NCBI GenBank assembly: GCA_002050235.1
Contig: MWST01000033.1
Coordinates: forward strand, 1,986-65,985
DNA length: 64,000 bases
Origin: Polyangiaceae bacterium UTPRO1
GTDB lineage: Bacteria; Desulfobacterota; Binatia; UTPRO1
Reading direction: 5' to 3'
Shown: piece after piece, positions 1-11,338 of the stretch
Layout: each line of letters opens with the position of its first letter
How positions within the stretch are numbered: position 1 is the stretch's first letter
The notes under the pieces: generated by a model
What the model was told of the DNA's origin: nothing
Databases searched by the model: none
Seen by the model: the letters and a program-made list of their open reading frames with translations, nothing else
Position numbers and translations under genes: made by a program

Positions 1-457
1 GAGCGGCGGCGGCAAGAAGCCTTGGAAGCAGAAGGGAACCGGTCGTGCTCGCGCCGGCAGTACGCGCTCACCTCTGTGGTCGGGCGGGGCTACGATCTTC
101 GGGCCGCAGCCGCGCGACTACGGGTATACGATACCGAAGCAGGCGCGCCGCACGGCGCTGCGCTCGATGCTGGCCCAGAAACTCCGTGAGGCGCGACTCA
201 CGATCGTCGATCGTATCGAGTTCCCGGAGACCAAGACCAAGCATTTCGTCGCCATGCTGGGTACGCTCGGGATCGGCGACAGCGTGCTCGTCGTCATCGA
301 CGACGCCGACGCTCGGGTCGAGCTTGCCGGGCGCAACGTCCCGAACGCCAAGGTGCTGCGCGCCGCCGGACTCAATGTCTACGACCTGCTCCGCTACCAC
401 CACCTCGTGATCACGCGAGCGGCGCTCGAGCGTATCAAGGAACGGGTGGCGGCATGA
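1..457 (+). CDS. rplD: 50S ribosomal protein L4, 5'-truncated at window edge
   Basis: Frame 2 reads SGGGKKPWKQKGTGRARAGSTRSPLWSGGATIFGPQPRDYGYTIPKQARR..., the conserved L4 C-terminal half; TGA at 455-457 overlaps the rplW ATG (ATGA). Confidence 0.9.
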   Translation, partial: SGGGKKPWKQKGTGRARAGSTRSPLWSGGATIFGPQPRDYGYTIPKQARRTALRSMLAQKLREARLTIVDRIEFPETKTKHFVAMLGTLGIGDSVLVVIDDADARVELAGRNVPNAKVLRAAGLNVYDLLRYHHLVITRAALERIKERVAA

Positions 458-744
458 GGCGCGAGTACACCGTCGTTCAGGCTCCGCTCATCACGGAGAA
501 GGGCACCTACGTCAACGAGATCGGCAACCAGGTCGTGTTCCAAGTGCGATCCGACGCCAACAAGATCGAAATCAAGCGCGTAGTCGAGAAACTCTTCAAG
601 GTGAAGGTCGTCAAGGTGCGGACGGCGAACGTTCTCGGCAAGACGCGTCGGGTTGGCCGCTCTCTGGGGCGGCGGCCCGATTGGAAGAAGGCGTACGTGA
701 CCCTCGGCGAGGGGCAGCGCATCGACTTCTTCGAGCAGGTGTAA
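454..744 (+). CDS. rplW: 50S ribosomal protein L23
   Basis: 96 aa ORF with L23-like sequence (KIEIKRVVEKLFKVKVVKVRT); sits in the canonical position after L4. Confidence 0.93.
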   Translation: MRREYTVVQAPLITEKGTYVNEIGNQVVFQVRSDANKIEIKRVVEKLFKVKVVKVRTANVLGKTRRVGRSLGRRPDWKKAYVTLGEGQRIDFFEQV

Positions 745-750
745 CGAATC

Positions 751-1572
751 ATGCCGACGATCCTCTACAGGCCGACGTCGCCCGGAAAGCGTTTTCGTTC
801 CGGCTTCGATTTCGCGGAAATCACGCGTGATACCCCCGAGCCGAGCTTGCTGGCCCCGCTCCGGAAGTCCGGCGGCCGCAACAATCGCGGGCGCATCACG
901 ACGCGACACCGTGGCGGCGGCCACAAGCGCCGCTACCGCATCGTCGACTTTCGCCGCAACAAAGAGGGCATCGCGGCCCGCGTAGCCGCGATCGAGTACG
1001 ATCCGAACCGCTCGGCGCGCCTCGCGCTCCTCCACTATGTCGACGGCGCGAAGAGCTACATTCTCGCTCCCGTCGGCTTGCGGGTCGGCGACGAGGTGAT
1101 GGCGGGCGCCGGAGCCGATATCCGGCCCGGCAACTGTCTGCCGCTCAAGAGCATCCCGCTCGGCACGATGATCCACAACATCGAAATCCGCGTCGGCAAG
1201 GGCGGGCAGATGGTCCGTAGTGCCGGGGGTGCCGCGCAGCTCATGGCCAAGGAGGGGGAGCACGCCCTCATCAAGCTTCCGTCCGGTGAGCAGCGCCTCG
1301 TGCGCATCGAGTGCCGCGCCACGATCGGGCAGGTCGGCAATCTCGACCACGAGAACATCTCGATCGGCAAGGCGGGGCGTACCCGGTGGCTCGGTCGCCG
1401 CTCGAGTGTCCGCGGTATCGCCATGAACCCAGTCGACCATCCGCACGGCGGCGGCGAAGGCCGTTCGAAGGGCAATCACCCGCAGACGCCCTGGGGCCAG
1501 CCGTCGCGCGGCTACAAGACGCGGCACAATAAGCGAACCAACCGGTTCATCGTCATGCGCCGGAAGAAGTAG
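751..1572 (+). CDS. rplB: 50S ribosomal protein L2
   Basis: 273 aa with L2 hallmarks ([30 protein letters not shown]). Confidence 0.95.
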   Translation: MPTILYRPTSPGKRFRSGFDFAEITRDTPEPSLLAPLRKSGGRNNRGRITTRHRGGGHKRRYRIVDFRRNKEGIAARVAAIEYDPNRSARLALLHYVDGAKSYILAPVGLRVGDEVMAGAGADIRPGNCLPLKSIPLGTMIHNIEIRVGKGGQMVRSAGGAAQLMAKEGEHALIKLPSGEQRLVRIECRATIGQVGNLDHENISIGKAGRTRWLGRRSSVRGIAMNPVDHPHGGGEGRSKGNHPQTPWGQPSRGYKTRHNKRTNRFIVMRRKK

Positions 1573-1590
1573 GCGCGGGGGCATAACAGC

Positions 1591-1893
1591 GTGGCACGTT
1601 CGATCAAAAAAGGTCCGTTCATCGACGAGCATCTCCTCAAGAAGGTCGAGGCGATGAACGCGGCGGGCGAGCGCAAGGTCACCAAGACTTGGTCGCGCCG
1701 CTCTACCATCATTCCCGATATGGTCGGGCACACCTTCGCGGTGCACAACGGCCGCAAATTCATCCCGGTGTTCGTGAGCGAGAACATGGTCGGCCACAAG
1801 CTTGGCGAGTTCTCGCCGACACGGACCTTCCATCAGCACTCGGGCGCCCGCAAGGCCGACGTCAAGCCCGGCGCCAAGCCGGCAGCCAAGTAG
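1591..1893 (+). CDS. rpsS: 30S ribosomal protein S19
   Basis: [19 protein letters not shown]...[14 protein letters not shown] start. Confidence 0.93.
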   Translation: MARSIKKGPFIDEHLLKKVEAMNAAGERKVTKTWSRRSTIIPDMVGHTFAVHNGRKFIPVFVSENMVGHKLGEFSPTRTFHQHSGARKADVKPGAKPAAK

Positions 1894-1908
1894 GTCGAGG
1901 GAGCCGCC

Positions 1909-2250
1909 ATGGAATCACGAGCCAGCACCCGTCACGTGCGCATCGGCCCCCAGAAGGCCCGCCTCGTCGTCGACCTCATCCGCGGCAAGAGCGTCGAGGA
2001 GGCGATCGGCGTTCTCGAGTTCAATACGCGCCGGGCGTCCAAGATCGTGGCGAAGACCCTGAAGTCGGCGATCGCCAACGCCGAGTCCAACCATAACGTC
2101 GACGTCGACGCGCTCTACGTGAAAGCGGCGTGGGTCGACGGCGCGCAGACCCAGAAACGATTCTTGCCGCGGGCGCACGGTCGAGCGACGCGCGTGATCA
2201 AGCGGTCGAGCCACGTGACCATCGTGGTCGACGAGCGCGGGAAGGCGTAG
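1909..2250 (+). CDS. rplV: 50S ribosomal protein L22
   Basis: 113 aa, [31 protein letters not shown] matches the L22 family. Confidence 0.92.
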   Translation: MESRASTRHVRIGPQKARLVVDLIRGKSVEEAIGVLEFNTRRASKIVAKTLKSAIANAESNHNVDVDALYVKAAWVDGAQTQKRFLPRAHGRATRVIKRSSHVTIVVDERGKA

Positions 2251-2263
2251 GAGCCAGAGGCCA

Positions 2264-2929
2264 ATGGGACAAAAGGTTCATCCGAGAGGCTTTCGGCTCG
2301 GAGTCATCGAGGGGTGGGACTCCAAGTGGTATGCGGGGCGCGAGTATTCGTCGCTGCTTCACGAGGACATTCGTATACGGCAGTTCATCAAGCGCCGTCT
2401 CTACCATGCGGGTATAGCGAAGGTGGAGATCGAGCGCGCGGCGAACAAAGCCAAGGTCAACGTCCACACGGCGCGTCCCGGCATCGTCATCGGCAAGAAG
2501 GGTGCCGAGATCGAGAAACTGAAGAGCGAGCTCAATAAGCTGACCGGCCGCGATTGCTTCATCAACATCCATGAAGTGCGGCGCCCCGACATCGAAGCGC
2601 AGCTGGTGGCCGAGAACGTTGCGCTTCAGCTCGAGCGCCGCGTCGCGTTCCGCCGGGCCATGAAGGAGGCGGTTGCGCGGGCGATGCGCATGGGCGCGCT
2701 AGGGATTCGCATCCAGTCGTCGGGCCGCCTCGGCGGCGCCGAGATCGCCCGCCGAGAGTGGTATCGCGAGGGTCGCGTGCCGCTGCATACGTTGCGAGCG
2801 GAGATCGGATACGGGCTCGCGCAGGCGTACACCACGTACGGCGTCATCGGCGTGAAGGTGTGGGTCTTCCGCGGTGAGGTCATAGCGCGACAGGAAGAGG
2901 AGCAGCGCCAGGCAGTAGGCGCATCGTAG
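2264..2929 (+). CDS. rpsC: 30S ribosomal protein S3
   Basis: [24 protein letters not shown]..., the KH-domain S3 N-terminus. Confidence 0.95.
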   Translation: MGQKVHPRGFRLGVIEGWDSKWYAGREYSSLLHEDIRIRQFIKRRLYHAGIAKVEIERAANKAKVNVHTARPGIVIGKKGAEIEKLKSELNKLTGRDCFINIHEVRRPDIEAQLVAENVALQLERRVAFRRAMKEAVARAMRMGALGIRIQSSGRLGGAEIARREWYREGRVPLHTLRAEIGYGLAQAYTTYGVIGVKVWVFRGEVIARQEEEQRQAVGAS

Positions 2930-2938
2930 GATCGAACC

Positions 2939-3364
2939 ATGCTGGCACCCAAGAAAGTCAAGCATCGCAAGATGATGAAGGGCCGCCGGCCCGGCCTCGC
3001 GTGGCGCGGCGCCGGCTTGGCGTTCGGCGATTTCGGGCTCCAGGCAACTAGCCGGGGATGGTTGTCGGCGCGCGAGATCGAGGCTGCGCGCGTGGCGCTG
3101 ACCCGTCACATCAAGCGCGGCGGGCGCGTCTGGGTCCGCATCTTTCCCGACAAACCGCTAACCAAGAAGCCTGCCGAAACCCGTATGGGCAAGGGCAAGG
3201 GCAATCCCGAGATGTGGGTCGCGGTCATCAAGCCGGGTCGGATGTTGTTCGAGATGGAGGGCGTCGCGCCCGACGTCGGACGCGAGGCGCTCCGGCTCGC
3301 AGCGCACAAGCTCTCGATCGCGACGCAGGTGAAGGAGCGCGCAGGAGCCCGCGGTGCGAGCTAA
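2939..3364 (+). CDS. rplP: 50S ribosomal protein L16
   Basis: [19 protein letters not shown]... [24 protein letters not shown]. Confidence 0.95.
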   Translation: MLAPKKVKHRKMMKGRRPGLAWRGAGLAFGDFGLQATSRGWLSAREIEAARVALTRHIKRGGRVWVRIFPDKPLTKKPAETRMGKGKGNPEMWVAVIKPGRMLFEMEGVAPDVGREALRLAAHKLSIATQVKERAGARGAS

Positions 3365-3548
3365 GCAGGTGCATGATCTTTCCGACGCCGAGCTCGACGC
3401 GCGCCTGCGCGAGCTCGAGGAAGAGCTCTTCGGTCTGCAGCTGAAGCGGGCCACGAGTCAGCTCGAGAACCCTATGAAGATGCGGCTCGTGAAGCGCGAC
3501 ATTGCCCGCGTCAAGACCGTCCAGCGCCAACGACTGAAGGTAGGTTGA
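3354..3548 (+). CDS. rpmC: 50S ribosomal protein L29
   Basis: 64 aa, GTG start overlapping the rplP 3' end; [28 protein letters not shown]. Confidence 0.9.
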   Translation: MRAKQVHDLSDAELDARLRELEEELFGLQLKRATSQLENPMKMRLVKRDIARVKTVQRQRLKVG

Positions 3549-3808
3549 TCATGCACGCGCAGCGCAAGACTCGAACCGGCACCGTCGTGAGCAACGCGAT
3601 GCAGAATACCGCGGTGGTCGCGGTCCAGCGTCGTGTCCAACATCCGAAATATCGCAAGTTCTTGACGCGCCGGACCCGCTACCAGGCGCACGACGCCAAC
3701 AACGAGTGCGAGGTCGGCGATACGGTCGTCATCACCGAGTGTCGGCCGCTCAGCCGCCACAAGCGTTGGCGGGTCTCGAAGATCGTCGAGCGCGCGGTGA
3801 AGCTCTAG
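3545..3808 (+). CDS. rpsQ: 30S ribosomal protein S17
   Basis: RKTRTGTVVSNAMQNTAVVAVQRRVQHPKYRKF...GDTVVITECRPLSRHKRWRV; the start could also be the ATG at 3551. Confidence 0.92.
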   Translation: MIMHAQRKTRTGTVVSNAMQNTAVVAVQRRVQHPKYRKFLTRRTRYQAHDANNECEVGDTVVITECRPLSRHKRWRVSKIVERAVKL

Positions 3809-3817
3809 GAGCCAGCG

Positions 3818-4186
3818 ATGGTGCAGGCAGAAAGCATACTGGACGTCGCCGACAACTCGGGTGCGCGCAAGGTCCTCTGCATCAAGGTGCTCGGGGGCTC
3901 CAAGCGGCGCTACGCCTCGCTCGGCGACATCATAGTCGTCTCGGTGAAGGAGGCGATTCCGAACGCCAAGGTGAAGAAGGGCGACGTCATGAAGGCCGTG
4001 ATCGTGCGGACGGCCAAGGAAGTCGGCCGCCCCGACGGATCGTACATCCGTTTCGACAACAACTCGGCGGTTCTGATCGACAATCAGCGCGAGCCGATCG
4101 GTACCCGCATCTTCGGGCCGGTCGCGCGCGAGCTGCGCGCCAAGCGATTCATGAAGATCATCTCGCTCGCGCCGGAGGTGCTGTGA
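3818..4186 (+). CDS. rplN: 50S ribosomal protein L14
   Basis: [44 protein letters not shown]; 122 aa. Confidence 0.95.
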   Translation: MVQAESILDVADNSGARKVLCIKVLGGSKRRYASLGDIIVVSVKEAIPNAKVKKGDVMKAVIVRTAKEVGRPDGSYIRFDNNSAVLIDNQREPIGTRIFGPVARELRAKRFMKIISLAPEVL

Positions 4187-4535
4187 TGCGTGCGGGGGCA
4201 TCTCGGATGGCGCGGCCGAAGACGAGCCGCATTCGCAAGAACGACATGGTGATGGTCATCACCGGCCGGGAAAAGGGCAAGACCGGCAAGGTGTTGCGCG
4301 TATTGCGCGAGACGAATCGGGTCGTCATCGAACGGCTCCACATGGTCAAGCGCCATCAAAAGCCGCGTGGTCAGCAGGCCCCGGGCGGCATCGTGGAGAA
4401 AGAGGCGTCGGTGGACCTCTCGAACGTCATGATCATGTGCGACCGCTGCAATGCGCCGGCTCGTATCGGCAGCCGCCGGCTCGAAGACGGGTCCGGCGTT
4501 CGCGTCTGCCGGCGCTGCGGGGAGGCCATCGACAA

Positions 4536-4539
<4 letters not shown>
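4186..4539 (+). CDS. rplX: 50S ribosomal protein L24
   Basis: KOW motif [17 protein letters not shown] and a C-terminal zinc-ribbon-like CDRCN...[10 protein letters not shown]. The start is placed at ATG 4186 (ATGA overlap with the rplN stop, GGAGG 8 nt upstream); the alternative is ATG 4207. The long ORF 3706..4539 is an out-of-context frame extension. Confidence 0.85.
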
Positions 4540-5087
<548 letters not shown>

Positions 5088-5096
5088 GGAGTGACG

Positions 5097-5282
5097 GTGG
5101 CGAAAACTTGTCTACGAGTGAAGGCGACGCGACGTCAGAAGTTCGGCGTCCGCCAGTACAACCGCTGTCCGTTGTGCGGGCGTTCCCGGGGTTTCTTCCG
5201 TAAATTTCGCATGTGTCGGCTCTGTCTGCGCGATCTGGCGCGGAAGGGACAAATTCCCGGCCTCATCAAGGCCAGCTGGTGA
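5097..5282 (+). CDS. rpsN: 30S ribosomal protein S14, type Z (zinc-ribbon, 61 aa)
   Basis: (M)[60 protein letters not shown] with a CxxC...CxxC zinc ribbon; GTG at 5097 has GAGGA 6 nt upstream (alternative GTG at 5091). Confidence 0.9.
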   Translation: MAKTCLRVKATRRQKFGVRQYNRCPLCGRSRGFFRKFRMCRLCLRDLARKGQIPGLIKASW

Positions 5283-5286
5283 CCAG

Positions 5287-5685
5287 ATGTCGATGACCGA
5301 TCCGATCGCCGATCTCCTGACCCGCATCCGCAACGGTAACCGCGCCCGCAAAGAACGCGTCGACGTGCCGTGGTCCGCATTGAAGGAGGCGGTGGCGCGC
5401 GTGCTGATCGCCGAAGGCTTCCTGCGCGACGTCGCGGTCGTCGGTGAGGGAACCGTGAGGCAGCTCCGCCTGATGCTCAAATACGACGACCAGCGCCGTC
5501 CGGTCATCAGCGGACTTCAGCGCGTGAGCCGACCTAGTCTCCGCGTCTACGTCGGCAAGGAGGAGATTCCTTCGGTGCGCGGAGGCCTCGGTATCAACGT
5601 GCTTTCGACGCCTGCCGGCGTGCTTGTCGATCGAGAAGCCAAGCAGCGCGGCGTCGGCGGTGAGCTGCTCTGCTCGGTGTGGTAA
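5287..5685 (+). CDS. rpsH: 30S ribosomal protein S8
   Basis: MSMTDPIADLLTRIRNGNRARKERVDVPWS; 132 aa. Confidence 0.95.
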   Translation: MSMTDPIADLLTRIRNGNRARKERVDVPWSALKEAVARVLIAEGFLRDVAVVGEGTVRQLRLMLKYDDQRRPVISGLQRVSRPSLRVYVGKEEIPSVRGGLGINVLSTPAGVLVDREAKQRGVGGELLCSVW

Positions 5686-5694
5686 GGGAACACG

Positions 5695-6240
5695 ATGTCG
5701 CGCATTGGTAAACAGCCGATCACAGTGCCGAGCGGCGTGACGATCGCCGTCGAGCCCGGCGCCGTTAAAGTAAAAGGGCCGAAGGGAACGCTCGCGGCCG
5801 CCGTGAGCCCGCTCGTCGAGATCCGGGTCCAGGACGGAACGATCAACGTCGCACGCCGCGAAGACTCGAGTGCTGCCCGCAGTGTCCACGGACTCACCCG
5901 GAAGCTCGTGGCCAACATGGTGACGGGCGTGAGCGACGGGTTTCGGCGTGTCCTCGAGATCAACGGAGTCGGATATCGCGCCGAGGCCAAGGGGAGCGCG
6001 ATCCAGTTCGCCCTCGGGTATTCGCACCCGATCGTTTTTCCGCTTCCGGAGGGCGTACAGGCGAAGATCGACAAGCAGACGGTGGTGACGCTCGAAGGCG
6101 CCGACCGCCAGGTTCTCGGCGAGACGGCTGCCGCCATTCGCAAGCTGCGCCCGCCGGAGCCGTACAAGGGCAAGGGCATCAAGTACGCGGAGGAGAAGAT
6201 CCGCCGTAAGGCCGGCAAGGCCGTCGGCGCGTCTTCTTGA
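5695..6240 (+). CDS. rplF: 50S ribosomal protein L6
   Basis: MSRIGKQPITVPSGVTIAVEPGAVKVKGPKGTL. Confidence 0.95.
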   Translation: MSRIGKQPITVPSGVTIAVEPGAVKVKGPKGTLAAAVSPLVEIRVQDGTINVARREDSSAARSVHGLTRKLVANMVTGVSDGFRRVLEINGVGYRAEAKGSAIQFALGYSHPIVFPLPEGVQAKIDKQTVVTLEGADRQVLGETAAAIRKLRPPEPYKGKGIKYAEEKIRRKAGKAVGASS

Positions 6241-6251
6241 GGAATACGGTC

Positions 6252-6623
6252 ATGGCCATGTTCAGCGATCAGCGCCGACAGGCGCGAAAGCTTCGCCAGG
6301 CGCGCGTGCGGAAGCGCTTGCGCGGCACCGCCTCGCGTCCGCGGCTCTCGGTCTTCCGGAGCGAGAAGCACATGTACGCGCAGGTCATCTCCGACGAGAC
6401 GGGCGAAACTCTTCTTACTACCTCGACCCTGGCGCCGGAAGTGCGCAGCCGCATCCAAAAGAGCACGGACGTCGCGGCCGCCAAGATCGTCGGCGAGGTC
6501 ATCGGCAAGTCCTGTATCGACAAGGGCATCACGGCAGCCGTCTTCGATCGAAACGGTTTCCTTTACCACGGACGCGTCCGCGCGGTCGCCGAAGGCGCGC
6601 GCGAAGCGGGTCTCAAGATCTGA
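6252..6623 (+). CDS. rplR: 50S ribosomal protein L18
   Basis: [49 protein letters not shown] 6252 has GAGGA 7 nt upstream (ORF-track TTG 6237 is rejected). Confidence 0.9.
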   Translation: MAMFSDQRRQARKLRQARVRKRLRGTASRPRLSVFRSEKHMYAQVISDETGETLLTTSTLAPEVRSRIQKSTDVAAAKIVGEVIGKSCIDKGITAAVFDRNGFLYHGRVRAVAEGAREAGLKI

Positions 6624-6633
6624 CGGGAGCATT

Positions 6634-7146
6634 ATGGCGCGTGCATCGGTTCGCCGCATCGAAGCCAACGGGCTCGAGCTGAAAGAGAAGGTCGTTCACA
6701 TCAACCGGGTCGCCAAGGTCGTAAAAGGCGGCCGGCGGTTCAGCTTCAGCGCGCTGGTGGTCGTCGGCGACAACGCGGGGCACGTCGGGTACGGTCTCGG
6801 CAAAGCCAACGAGGTTCCCGAGGCGATTCGCAAGGGCATCGAGAAGGCGAAGAAGCGGCTCATGACCGTGCCGATCGCGAACGGCACGATCCCGTTCCAG
6901 GTGACCGGGATCTTCGGCGCCGGCGCGGTGCTGTTGCGGCCCGCGTCCGACGGTACGGGCGTGATCGCCGGAGGCGGCGTACGCGCGGTCGTCGAGCTGG
7001 CCGGCATCCAGAACGTGCTCACCAAGTGCCTCGGCTCGAACAATCCTCACAACATGGTGAAGGCGACCATCCAGGCGCTAGCCGAGCTGCGCGAGCCCGA
7101 GCGTGTCGCCGAGCTCCGCGGAAAGCAGCTCGCCGAGATTCGCTGA
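6634..7146 (+). CDS. rpsE: 30S ribosomal protein S5
   Basis: [49 protein letters not shown]. Confidence 0.95.
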   Translation: MARASVRRIEANGLELKEKVVHINRVAKVVKGGRRFSFSALVVVGDNAGHVGYGLGKANEVPEAIRKGIEKAKKRLMTVPIANGTIPFQVTGIFGAGAVLLRPASDGTGVIAGGGVRAVVELAGIQNVLTKCLGSNNPHNMVKATIQALAELREPERVAELRGKQLAEIR

Positions 7147-7154
7147 GGTTCGAC

Positions 7155-7337
7155 ATGGTCGAGAAGAAGATCACGGTGAAACAAGTGCGCAGCGAGATCG
7201 GCGGTACGCGCCGGCAGCGGGAGAGCCTGCGCGGTTTGGGCTTGCGCGGGATCGGTCGGTCCGTGACCGTGGCCGACAATACCGCCACGCGCGGACTGAT
7301 CGACAAGGTCGCACACCTCGTGAAGGTCGGAGACTGA
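7155..7337 (+). CDS. rpmD: 50S ribosomal protein L30
   Basis: [58 protein letters not shown]; 60 aa. The ORF-track entry 7026..7337 has a spurious N-terminal extension. Confidence 0.9.
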   Translation: MVEKKITVKQVRSEIGGTRRQRESLRGLGLRGIGRSVTVADNTATRGLIDKVAHLVKVGD

Positions 7338-7338
7338 C

Positions 7339-7809
7339 ATGGAGACGATCGATCTCTCGAATCTCCGACCGGCAGCCGGCTCGCGGCGTCCCCGCAAGCG
7401 GCTCGGTCGCGGCATCGGATCGGGTACGGGCAAGACCTCGGGGCGCGGTCACAAGGGTCGCGGCGCCCGATCCGGAGGCAATACGCCGCCGGGCTACGAG
7501 GGCGGGCAGATGCCTCTCCAGCGCCGCCTGCCGAAATTCGGGTTCACCAACCCGACCCGCGTCACTTACGAGATCATAACGCTGAGCCAGCTCGATCGCT
7601 TCGCGGCTGGCAGCGTCGTCGACGTCGAGGCGCTCGTCGGCGCCGGGCTCGTGCGCAAAGGCCGGCCGGTAAAGCTCCTCGGCAATGGTGCGGTGAGCCG
7701 GCCGGTGACCTTGAAGATAGACAAGGCGAGCGCCTCGGCGCGGGCGGCGGTCGTAGCGGCGGGAGGATCGGTCGAGACCCCCGGCACCGGGGCGGCGCAG
7801 GAAGGCTGA
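7339..7809 (+). CDS. rplO: 50S ribosomal protein L15
   Basis: RKRLGRGIGSGTGKTSGRGHKGRGARSGG; 156 aa. Confidence 0.93.
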   Translation: METIDLSNLRPAAGSRRPRKRLGRGIGSGTGKTSGRGHKGRGARSGGNTPPGYEGGQMPLQRRLPKFGFTNPTRVTYEIITLSQLDRFAAGSVVDVEALVGAGLVRKGRPVKLLGNGAVSRPVTLKIDKASASARAAVVAAGGSVETPGTGAAQEG

Positions 7810-7811
7810 GC

Positions 7812-9125
7812 GTGCTCGAAGGCTTCCAAAATGCTTCTCGAGTCCCCGAGCTGCGGCGGCGGTTGTTGTTCACGTTCGGCATGCTCGCGGTATGCCGCAT
7901 CGGCGTCGCGATCCCGACGCCCGGTATCGACAGCGCGGCGCTGCGGATGTTCTTCGAGAGCGCTGCCAACAACTTCTTCGGCCTGGTGAACCTCTTCTCG
8001 GGGGGCGCGCTCGAGCGCTTTTCGATCTTCGCGCTCGGCATCATGCCGTACATCAGCGCGTCGATCATCCTCCAGCTCCTGACGGTCGTGGTGCCGTATC
8101 TCGAGCGGTTGTCGAAGGAAGGGGAGGTCGGACGGCGCAAGATCACGCAGTACACGCGCTACGGCACCGTGGTGCTGTCGCTCGTCCAGAGCCTCTTCAT
8201 CAGCATCGGCCTCGAGCAGATCCAGTCGCCGACCGGCTCCTCGGTGGTGCTGAATCCGGGCTGGTCTTTCCGACTGATGACGATGATCACGCTGAGCTCC
8301 GGCACGTCGTTCCTGATGTGGCTCGGCGAGCAGATCACGGAGCGCGGCATCGGCAACGGCATCTCGCTCATCATCTTCGCCGGCATCGTGGCGGGGTTCT
8401 ATTCGGCGACCACTACGACCCTGCAGTTCATGAACGAGGGCGAGATCAGCCTCTTCGTCGTCATCGGCCTCGTGATCTTCATGGTCGCGGTCGTGGCGGC
8501 GATCATCTTCATGGAACGGGGGCAGCGCCGGATACCGGTGCAGTATGCCAAGCGGGTCGTCGGCCGGAAGATGTACGGCGGACAGAGCTCGCATCTGCCG
8601 CTCAAGATCAACACCTCGGGCGTGATTCCGCCGATCTTCGCTTCGTCGATTCTGATCTTTCCCGGAACGATCGCGAGCTTCTTCCCGGACAGCCCGATCG
8701 CGGTCCAAGCCGCGGAGATGTTGCAGCCAGCGTCGTTCGTCTACAACCTGTTGTACATCGGGCTTATTATCTTTTTCTGTTATTTTTATACCGCGGTCAC
8801 CTTCAATCCGGTCGATGTCGCGGACAACATGAAGAAGTTCGGAGGCTACATCCCGGGCATTCGTCCGGGCGCGAAGACGGCGGATTACATCGACCGCATC
8901 CTCACGCGCATTACGCTCGGCGGCGCCATCTACATTGCGGTGGTCTGCATCCTGCCGACGATCCTCATCTCCCGATTCAACGTGACGTTCTTCTTCGGCG
9001 GCACGTCGTTGCTGATCGTCGTCGGCGTGGCGCTCGACACCATGGCGCAGATGGAGACACATCTCCTTACGCGCAACTACGAAGGATTCATGAAGCGTGG
9101 CCGACTGCGCGGACGCCGGAGTTGA
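7812..9125 (+). CDS. secY: preprotein translocase subunit SecY
   Basis: 437 aa polytopic membrane protein; FGLVNLFSGGALERFSIFALGIMPYISASIILQLL is the SecY signature. Confidence 0.95.
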   Translation: MLEGFQNASRVPELRRRLLFTFGMLAVCRIGVAIPTPGIDSAALRMFFESAANNFFGLVNLFSGGALERFSIFALGIMPYISASIILQLLTVVVPYLERLSKEGEVGRRKITQYTRYGTVVLSLVQSLFISIGLEQIQSPTGSSVVLNPGWSFRLMTMITLSSGTSFLMWLGEQITERGIGNGISLIIFAGIVAGFYSATTTTLQFMNEGEISLFVVIGLVIFMVAVVAAIIFMERGQRRIPVQYAKRVVGRKMYGGQSSHLPLKINTSGVIPPIFASSILIFPGTIASFFPDSPIAVQAAEMLQPASFVYNLLYIGLIIFFCYFYTAVTFNPVDVADNMKKFGGYIPGIRPGAKTADYIDRILTRITLGGAIYIAVVCILPTILISRFNVTFFFGGTSLLIVVGVALDTMAQMETHLLTRNYEGFMKRGRLRGRRS

Positions 9126-9158
9126 TCTTCGCCTGCAGCAAACCCGAGTGAACCAGTG

Positions 9159-9812
9159 ATGAACCTGATCGTCATGGGACCTCCCGGTGCCGGGAAAGGG
9201 ACGCAGTCGCGCTGGTTGGGCGAGCGCTTGGACGTGCCCGTGATCTCGACGGGGGAGATGCTCCGCGACGAAATCAAGCGGAAGACGGCACTCGGAACGC
9301 AGGCAAAGCGGCACATGGACAAGGGGGAGCTGATTCCCGACGCGCTGATGATCCGGGTGATCGAAGAGCGGTTGAAACGTCAGGATTGCAAGCGCGGATT
9401 CATCCTGGACGGCTTTCCGCGCACGGTCGCGCAAGCGGAGGCGCTCCACCGGATGCGCGCGAGTCTCGGCGGTACCATCGAGAGAGCAGTAAGCCTGTCG
9501 GTGCCGAACGAGGAGCTGCTGAAGCGGCTCTCGGGACGGCGTACTTGTCGCGAGTGCGGCGCCATGTACCACATCATCTTCGATCCGCCGACCAACGAAG
9601 GCCTCTGCAACAAGTGCAACGGAGAGCTCTACCAGCGCGACGACGACCATGAGGACATCATCAGCTCGCGCCTCGAAATCTACGATGCTCAGACGGCGCC
9701 CGTCCTCGAGTACTACCGGAAGCACAGGCAGTTGGTGGAAGTCGACGGGGTCGGCGGACGCGACGACGTACTCGACCGCATCCTCGCAGCGCTGGGGGTA
9801 GCCAAGTCGTGA
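9159..9812 (+). CDS. adk: adenylate kinase
   Basis: MNLIVMGPPGAGKGTQ P-loop and a CRECGAMYH...CNKC LID zinc motif; the start could be GTG 9156. Confidence 0.93.
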   Translation: MNLIVMGPPGAGKGTQSRWLGERLDVPVISTGEMLRDEIKRKTALGTQAKRHMDKGELIPDALMIRVIEERLKRQDCKRGFILDGFPRTVAQAEALHRMRASLGGTIERAVSLSVPNEELLKRLSGRRTCRECGAMYHIIFDPPTNEGLCNKCNGELYQRDDDHEDIISSRLEIYDAQTAPVLEYYRKHRQLVEVDGVGGRDDVLDRILAALGVAKS

Positions 9813-10570
9813 TCCAGCTCAAAGCCCCCGAAGAGATCGAGATCATGCGCAAGGCGAGCGTGATCGTCGCAGAGGTGCTAGCGGAGCTGCGCGCGATGGT
9901 GCGTCCTGGCGTCACCACCGAAGACCTCGACCGGATGGCCGAGGAGCTTACCCGCAAGAAGGGGGCGGTGCCGGCGTTCAAGGGGTACGAGGTCGCCAAC
10001 CGCGTGTTCCCGGCGTCGCTCTGCGTTTCGATCAACGATGAAGTGGTACACGGCATTCCCTCGGCGTATCGGGTGCTGCGCGAGGGGGACATCGTCGGCC
10101 TCGATTTCGGGGTGCGCTACCAGGGGTTCTACGGCGACGCCGCGATCACCGTGCCCGTCGGCAAAGTGAGCGCTGCGGCGACCGAGCTCATGAAGACTAC
10201 GCGCGACGCGCTTCAAGCAGCGATCGAAGAGGTCCGGCCCGGGCGCCGGATCGGCGACGTGTCGGCGGCCATTCAGGCGACGGCGGAGCGCAACAAGTTC
10301 GCGATCGTACGCGAGTTCGTCGGCCACGGTATAGGGCGGCGGCTGCACGAGGATCCGCAAGTTCCCAACTTCGGTCAGGCCGACCGCGGCATCCGGCTGC
10401 GCGAGGGCATAGTCCTGGCGATCGAGCCCATGCTGACCGCGGGAGGGCCCGAGGTGCGCGTCAAGGAGGACGGTTGGACGGCGGTGACCTCCGACGGCAG
10501 CCTGTCGGCGCATTTCGAGCATTCGGTTGCGGTCGTGCAGGGCGGACCGTACGTCTTGAGCCTCCTATGA
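9809..10570 (+). CDS. map: type I methionine aminopeptidase
   Basis: 253 aa; [15 protein letters not shown] and [16 protein letters not shown] metal-ligand motifs; GTG start overlapping the adk stop. Confidence 0.92.
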   Translation: MIQLKAPEEIEIMRKASVIVAEVLAELRAMVRPGVTTEDLDRMAEELTRKKGAVPAFKGYEVANRVFPASLCVSINDEVVHGIPSAYRVLREGDIVGLDFGVRYQGFYGDAAITVPVGKVSAAATELMKTTRDALQAAIEEVRPGRRIGDVSAAIQATAERNKFAIVREFVGHGIGRRLHEDPQVPNFGQADRGIRLREGIVLAIEPMLTAGGPEVRVKEDGWTAVTSDGSLSAHFEHSVAVVQGGPYVLSLL

Positions 10571-10797
10571 GCATGCCGATGCCCAGAGCCGAAGCCATCG
10601 CCGCGAGCGGAACGGTGCAGGAGTCGCTGCCGAACGCGACCTTCCGCGTCGCGCTCGACAATGGCCACAAGGTGCTGGCGTACGCTTCGGGCGCGCTCGG
10701 GAGGCACTACATCAAGATCATCCCGGGCGACAAGGTGATGGTCGAGCTGTCGCCGTTCGATCTGAGCCGCGGTCAGATCACGACTCGAACCAAGTGA
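10567..10797 (+). CDS. infA: translation initiation factor IF-1
   Basis: [58 protein letters not shown]1-like fold; ATG 10567 overlaps the map stop. Confidence 0.9.
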   Translation: MSMPMPRAEAIAASGTVQESLPNATFRVALDNGHKVLAYASGALGRHYIKIIPGDKVMVELSPFDLSRGQITTRTK

Positions 10798-10813
10798 AAC
10801 ACGGAGTTTCGAT

Positions 10814-10927
10814 ATGAAAGTACGCGCATCGGTCAAACAGATCTGCAAGAAGTGCAAGATCATCCGGCGTGCGGGTGTGGTGCGGATTCTCTGCCCCAAC
10901 CCGCGTCACAAGCAGCGACAGGGCTGA
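10814..10927 (+). CDS. rpmJ: 50S ribosomal protein L36
   Basis: Hand-translated as it is below the ORF-track size cutoff: [37 protein letters not shown] (37 aa, C-x2-C...C zinc ribbon). Confidence 0.9.
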   Translation: MKVRASVKQICKKCKIIRRAGVVRILCPNPRHKQRQG

Positions 10928-10939
10928 GGAGGAGCGGTC

Positions 10940-11320
10940 ATGGCACGGATAGCGGGTGTCGATCTTCCCAAGGCCAAGCGCATGGAGGTGGCGCTCACCT
11001 ACATCTTCGGCATCGGCCGCAGCGCGTCGCGTCGGATTCTGCGAGAGGCCGACGTGAGCCTCGACGTGAAGACGGACGACCTGCCCGAGGATGATCTCAT
11101 CAAGCTGCGCCGCATCATCGACGGCATGAAGGTCGAAGGCGATCTCCGCCGCGAGATCGCGTTGAACATCAAGCGCTACGTGGACCTGGGCGCGTATCGC
11201 GGCCTGAGACACCGCAAGAATCTCCCTGTCCGGGGACAGCGCACGCACACCAACGCCCGCACCCGCAAGGGGCCGCGCAAGACGATCGCCGGCAAGAAGC
11301 AGGCGCCGTCCAAGGGCTAG
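10940..11320 (+). CDS. rpsM: 30S ribosomal protein S13
   Basis: [34 protein letters not shown]. Confidence 0.95.
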   Translation: MARIAGVDLPKAKRMEVALTYIFGIGRSASRRILREADVSLDVKTDDLPEDDLIKLRRIIDGMKVEGDLRREIALNIKRYVDLGAYRGLRHRKNLPVRGQRTHTNARTRKGPRKTIAGKKQAPSKG

Positions 11321-11338
11321 AGAGGATCGGAGAGAGGC

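Noticed and set aside
7566-9725. 719-aa ORF on the minus strand antisense to secY/adk
   Set aside because: Arg/Asp/His-rich low-complexity translation typical of antisense frames in 70% GC DNA. It fully overlaps highly conserved + strand genes.
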